A DNA stretch of 64,000 nucleotides from assembly GCA_965223295.1 (NCBI GenBank), contig CBDCWC010000003.1, positions 512,001 to 576,000 on the forward strand. Direction: 5' to 3'. The notes below the pieces were generated by a model. It ran no database searches. It worked only from the letters and a program-made list of their open reading frames with translations, and was not told the origin of the DNA. The translations under genes and the position numbers were made by a program. Source of the DNA: Nitrospirales bacterium (GTDB lineage Bacteria; Nitrospirota; Nitrospiria; Nitrospirales; UBA8639). Shown here in pieces: positions 60,952 to 64,000 of the stretch. How positions within the stretch are numbered: position 1 is the first letter of the stretch; each line of letters starts with the position of its first letter.

Positions 60952-60966
60952 AGGAGGAAGGCACAC

Positions 60967-61431
60967 ATGAATCAGTTAGAGCGCTTAGAACAGTCTTTTG
61001 CAACCGAGTCCGTCCCGTTTTTTGAAATTGGCGATACGGTCCGCGTTAAAGTCCGCGTCGTGGAAGGCCGGGCCGGCAAGAAGAAAGGCCAGGAAGAGGA
61101 AAAAGAACGAATCCAAGTCTTTGAAGGATTGGTCATTGCCCGAAAAGGACAAAAATCATCTGAAAGGTTTACCGTCCGTAAAATTTCCTTTGGGGTCGGC
61201 GTAGAACGAATTTTTCCAGTCCATTCGCCCAATCTTGCTGGAATTGAGGTCGTCCGAAAGGGAAAAGTCCGCCGCGCCAAGTTGTATTATCTTCGTGATA
61301 AAAAGGGCAAAGCGGCAAAAATTTCCGAGCGTGAATTTTCACGCACACCGAAAGCCACCAAAGTGGCAGATTCGGCGCCTATGGAGGAATCGGCTTCAGA
61401 CGAAACGAGCCGTTCTGAATCTTCTGAATAA
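60967..61431 (+). CDS. rplS: 50S ribosomal protein L19
   Basis: [32 protein letters not shown]. Confidence 0.98.
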   Translation: MNQLERLEQSFATESVPFFEIGDTVRVKVRVVEGRAGKKKGQEEEKERIQVFEGLVIARKGQKSSERFTVRKISFGVGVERIFPVHSPNLAGIEVVRKGKVRRAKLYYLRDKKGKAAKISEREFSRTPKATKVADSAPMEESASDETSRSESSE

Positions 61432-61502
61432 CTCGATTTTTCAAACAGCATCCGCAGACATCTCTAGTTGTCTAAGTTTGGAATTTCCAATCCGGCAACC
61501 AT

Positions 61503-62114
61503 ATGGGTCCCTCTGACTTCTTTGAAACATCCGCCCGCGCGTGCGGATTTCGTCAGATCGCAGGACTGGATGAAGCCGGCCGAGGCCCATTAGCCGGTCC
61601 AGTTGTTGCGGCGGTTGTCCTTCTTCCCAAACGATATTCCGCAGAAATTCTAGACGACTCCAAACTCCTCTCCGCAGATCAGCGCCAGACCCTCTTTACC
61701 ACCATCACCACCCATGCTCATGCTTGGGCTATCGGGACCGCTTCCGAGCAAGAAATCGATGATTTGAACATTTTAGGTGCCACGAAATTAGCAGGACATC
61801 GAGCCATTCACAATCTTCCTTCCCTACCTGATTATGTGCTTCTGGACGCCCTTCATCTTCCTTCCATCGTCATTCCTCAACGTCCTATTATCAAAGGTGA
61901 TCAACTCTCTATTTCAATTGCCGCCGCCTCCATCCTAGCCAAAGTCTGGCGGGATCGCATTATGGAGGGTTATCACGAACAATTTCCCGACTACCACTTT
62001 CATATTCACAAGGGCTATCCAACTCCAGAGCATCTGAAACGTTTACAACAGTTCGGGCCTTGCCCCGGTCATCGACGAAGCTTTCGACCGGTTCAAAACT
62101 GCCTGGATGCCTGA
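61503..62114 (+). CDS. rnhB: Ribonuclease HII
   Basis: GLDEAGRGPLAGPV, DSK, KGD, IAAASILAKV, HKGYPT. Confidence 0.97.
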   Translation: MGPSDFFETSARACGFRQIAGLDEAGRGPLAGPVVAAVVLLPKRYSAEILDDSKLLSADQRQTLFTTITTHAHAWAIGTASEQEIDDLNILGATKLAGHRAIHNLPSLPDYVLLDALHLPSIVIPQRPIIKGDQLSISIAAASILAKVWRDRIMEGYHEQFPDYHFHIHKGYPTPEHLKRLQQFGPCPGHRRSFRPVQNCLDA

Positions 62115-62123
62115 ACCACCCCT

Positions 62124-62510
62124 ATGTCCACATCTTCTCATGCCTTTGGCGAATCAGCAGAGGCCTTGGCGGAACAGACCCTTCGGGAGAAAGGTTATCG
62201 CATTCTTGAGAAAAATTTGCGCATCGCCGGAGGGGAGTTGGACCTCATTGCCGAGGACCATGGTATTGTCGTCTTTGTTGAAGTAAAGGCCAGACGCGGC
62301 ACTCAATTCGGCGGGGCTTCCTATGCTCTGACCCCACGCAAACAACGGCAAATCATCAAATTGGCCTTGTGTTATCTTTCCCAGCGTGGTTTAACCAATA
62401 CAGAATGCCGTTTTGATGCTATTCTGGTGACGGAGTCCGATGAGGGTTTACTTGAATTAACACACATTGAACAGGCATTTGAGGTTTCCAGCTCGGACTG
62501 GCAATGGTAA
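62124..62510 (+). CDS. yraN: YraN family protein
   Basis: GELDLIA, VFVEVKAR, RFDAI. Confidence 0.93.
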   Translation: MSTSSHAFGESAEALAEQTLREKGYRILEKNLRIAGGELDLIAEDHGIVVFVEVKARRGTQFGGASYALTPRKQRQIIKLALCYLSQRGLTNTECRFDAILVTESDEGLLELTHIEQAFEVSSSDWQW

Positions 62511-62671
62511 ATTAACAGAACACCCTCGGGAATTTGGATGAGGCTCGATCCATTCGATCTTCGGCAAATCTTGCTCGTAGGTGATTAAACGTACAGCTGG
62601 CCGTGGGCCGACGGATCTCCTTGACGACAACCTGCAAGACACTCTGCTTCACATATTCCTAACGCCACTTC

Positions 62672-63340
62672 ATGATTCAATTATTTCACGTCACAAAATA
62701 TTATGAAGGCTGCCTCGCTCTTTCGGATATCTCTCTTCGAATCGAAAAAGGTGAGTGTGTGTTACTCACCGGCCCAAGTGGTGCAGGCAAAACCACCTTA
62801 CTCAAACTGATCTTTGGGTCAGAACATCCCGATGAGGGCCAAATTCTTGTTCAAAATCGGAACATTGCCCGGCTTCGTCGAGCCGATGTGCCCTATCACC
62901 GCCGCACAATGGGATTTGTCTTACAAGACTTCAAGCTGCTGTCTCATAGGACCGTGTTTGAAAATGTCGCGCTTCCCCTTATCATTCGAGGATTATCGTC
63001 CGTAGAATCCAGGCGAAAAGTGGTGGAAGCACTTCGCGCGGTAGGAATGGACCATAAACAAACAGCCCTGGCCGCCTTGCTCTCTGCTGGAGAACAGCAA
63101 CGTGTATGCATTGCCCGGGCCATCGTCAATAGCCCCATTATTCTGTTGGCAGACGAACCAACTGGGAACTTAGACCCACAACTTACAACGGAAATCGCTG
63201 AACTCTTTAAAGCCATCAATGCCCGCGGGACAACAGTGATGATGGCCACCCATAATCGACAAGTCGTGGAACAATTAAATGGAAGGATTCTGCAACTTGA
63301 TTGTGGGCACCTGCTCTCTGATCGAGGTGCCTACGCATGA
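62672..63340 (+). CDS. ftsE: Cell division ATP-binding protein FtsE
   Basis: GPSGAGKT, QDFKLL, GEQQRV, ADEPTGNLD, ATHN. Confidence 0.95.
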   Translation: MIQLFHVTKYYEGCLALSDISLRIEKGECVLLTGPSGAGKTTLLKLIFGSEHPDEGQILVQNRNIARLRRADVPYHRRTMGFVLQDFKLLSHRTVFENVALPLIIRGLSSVESRRKVVEALRAVGMDHKQTALAALLSAGEQQRVCIARAIVNSPIILLADEPTGNLDPQLTTEIAELFKAINARGTTVMMATHNRQVVEQLNGRILQLDCGHLLSDRGAYA

Positions 63341-64000
63341 AACGTTTATGGTATTTTTTGCGGGAAGCCTTCATCAGTCTTAAAACACACCGCGCCAGCA
63401 CGCTAATTGGAATCATCACCACAGCCTTCACCCTGACCAGCTTTGGAACATTTCTCCTTTTATACTATAACGTGCATAATTTGATTGGACGGGTCCAACA
63501 CAACATTCAAATCATTGTCTACCCCAAAGACGATATCCAACCCCAAATACTGCAAAACCTCAAAAAAACCATTCGAACAGACCCAGCTATCGACTCGTTG
63601 ACGCTGATTTCCAAAAAAGACGCTGTACAAGATTTCAAAAGTCAGTTTCCCGAGGAATCCTATTTACTTGAAGGTTTAGGTAAAAGTCCATTTCCGGCCT
63701 CTCTGGTTTTAACGTTAGCGGACAACATTCCCTCGACTGATACTGTTTCTCATCTCGTGAATCGTTTACAGCACCATCCTCATGTCGAACGTGTTCAGTA
63801 CAACCGCGACTGGATTGAACGATTAGCACTCGTGATTACGTATGTGGAAGTCGGAGCCTTAATCGTGGGAGGCGTCCTGGCTCTGGCCTCTCTCACCATC
63901 ATTGCCAACACGGTCCAACTGGCGTTTTATACCCGCCAAGAGGAAATTGAAATTTTACGCTTAATTGGAGGCACCAATCTCTTTATCAGCGTCCCCTATC
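63337..64000 (+). CDS. ftsX: Cell division permease FtsX (3' end outside window)
   Basis: Not in the ORF track. ATGA overlap with ftsE; MKRLWYFLREAFISLK...IANTVQLAFYTRQEEIEILRLIGGTNLFISVP. Confidence 0.93.
   Translation, partial: MKRLWYFLREAFISLKTHRASTLIGIITTAFTLTSFGTFLLLYYNVHNLIGRVQHNIQIIVYPKDDIQPQILQNLKKTIRTDPAIDSLTLISKKDAVQDFKSQFPEESYLLEGLGKSPFPASLVLTLADNIPSTDTVSHLVNRLQHHPHVERVQYNRDWIERLALVITYVEVGALIVGGVLALASLTIIANTVQLAFYTRQEEIEILRLIGGTNLFISVPY

Noticed and set aside
60967-61431. L19 charged insertion and acidic C-terminal tail
   Set aside because: Variable low-complexity extensions are common in L19.
62511-62671. Possible ncRNA between yraN and ftsE
   Set aside because: No convincing long stem or known motif.

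Overview
A gene-dense bacterial chromosomal window. The intergenic repeat style and gene order suggest Nitrospirota (inference, not verified by search). Housekeeping content includes ispH, fabH, bamD, ppx, ampG, the ffh-rpsP-rimM-trmD-rplS-rnhB-yraN-ftsEX run, and a System I cytochrome c maturation locus (ccdA/tlpA, ccmAB ... ccmC-[ccmE-like/ccmD-like]-ccmEFGHI). That locus is split by a ~6.4 kb insert carrying lhgO, cysNC, cysD and a frameshifted collagen-repeat gene. Accessory content includes: a >704-aa FecR-like exported protein missing from the ORF track, near a TPR/Slam-like beta-barrel gene; a Phd-VapC toxin-antitoxin pair; two decayed tandem membrane-protein paralogs; an ECF sigma/anti-sigma/lipoprotein/VIT-vWA module; a methyltransferase with a PqqD/RRE-like N-terminus; a c-di-GMP-I riboswitch upstream of an exported M11-like metallopeptidase; a frameshifted IS200-type tnpA; an exported caspase-TPR protein with mosaic, near-identical 126-bp repeats; and at least three families of REP/MITE-like palindromes. 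The most unusual signals are the apparent heme-less CcmE-like/CcmD fusion, the RRE-methyltransferase without an evident precursor peptide, the shuffled caspase-TPR protein, and the riboswitch-controlled peptidase. No tRNA, rRNA or CRISPR array was seen. All family assignments come from motif recognition by eye; no database searches were run.
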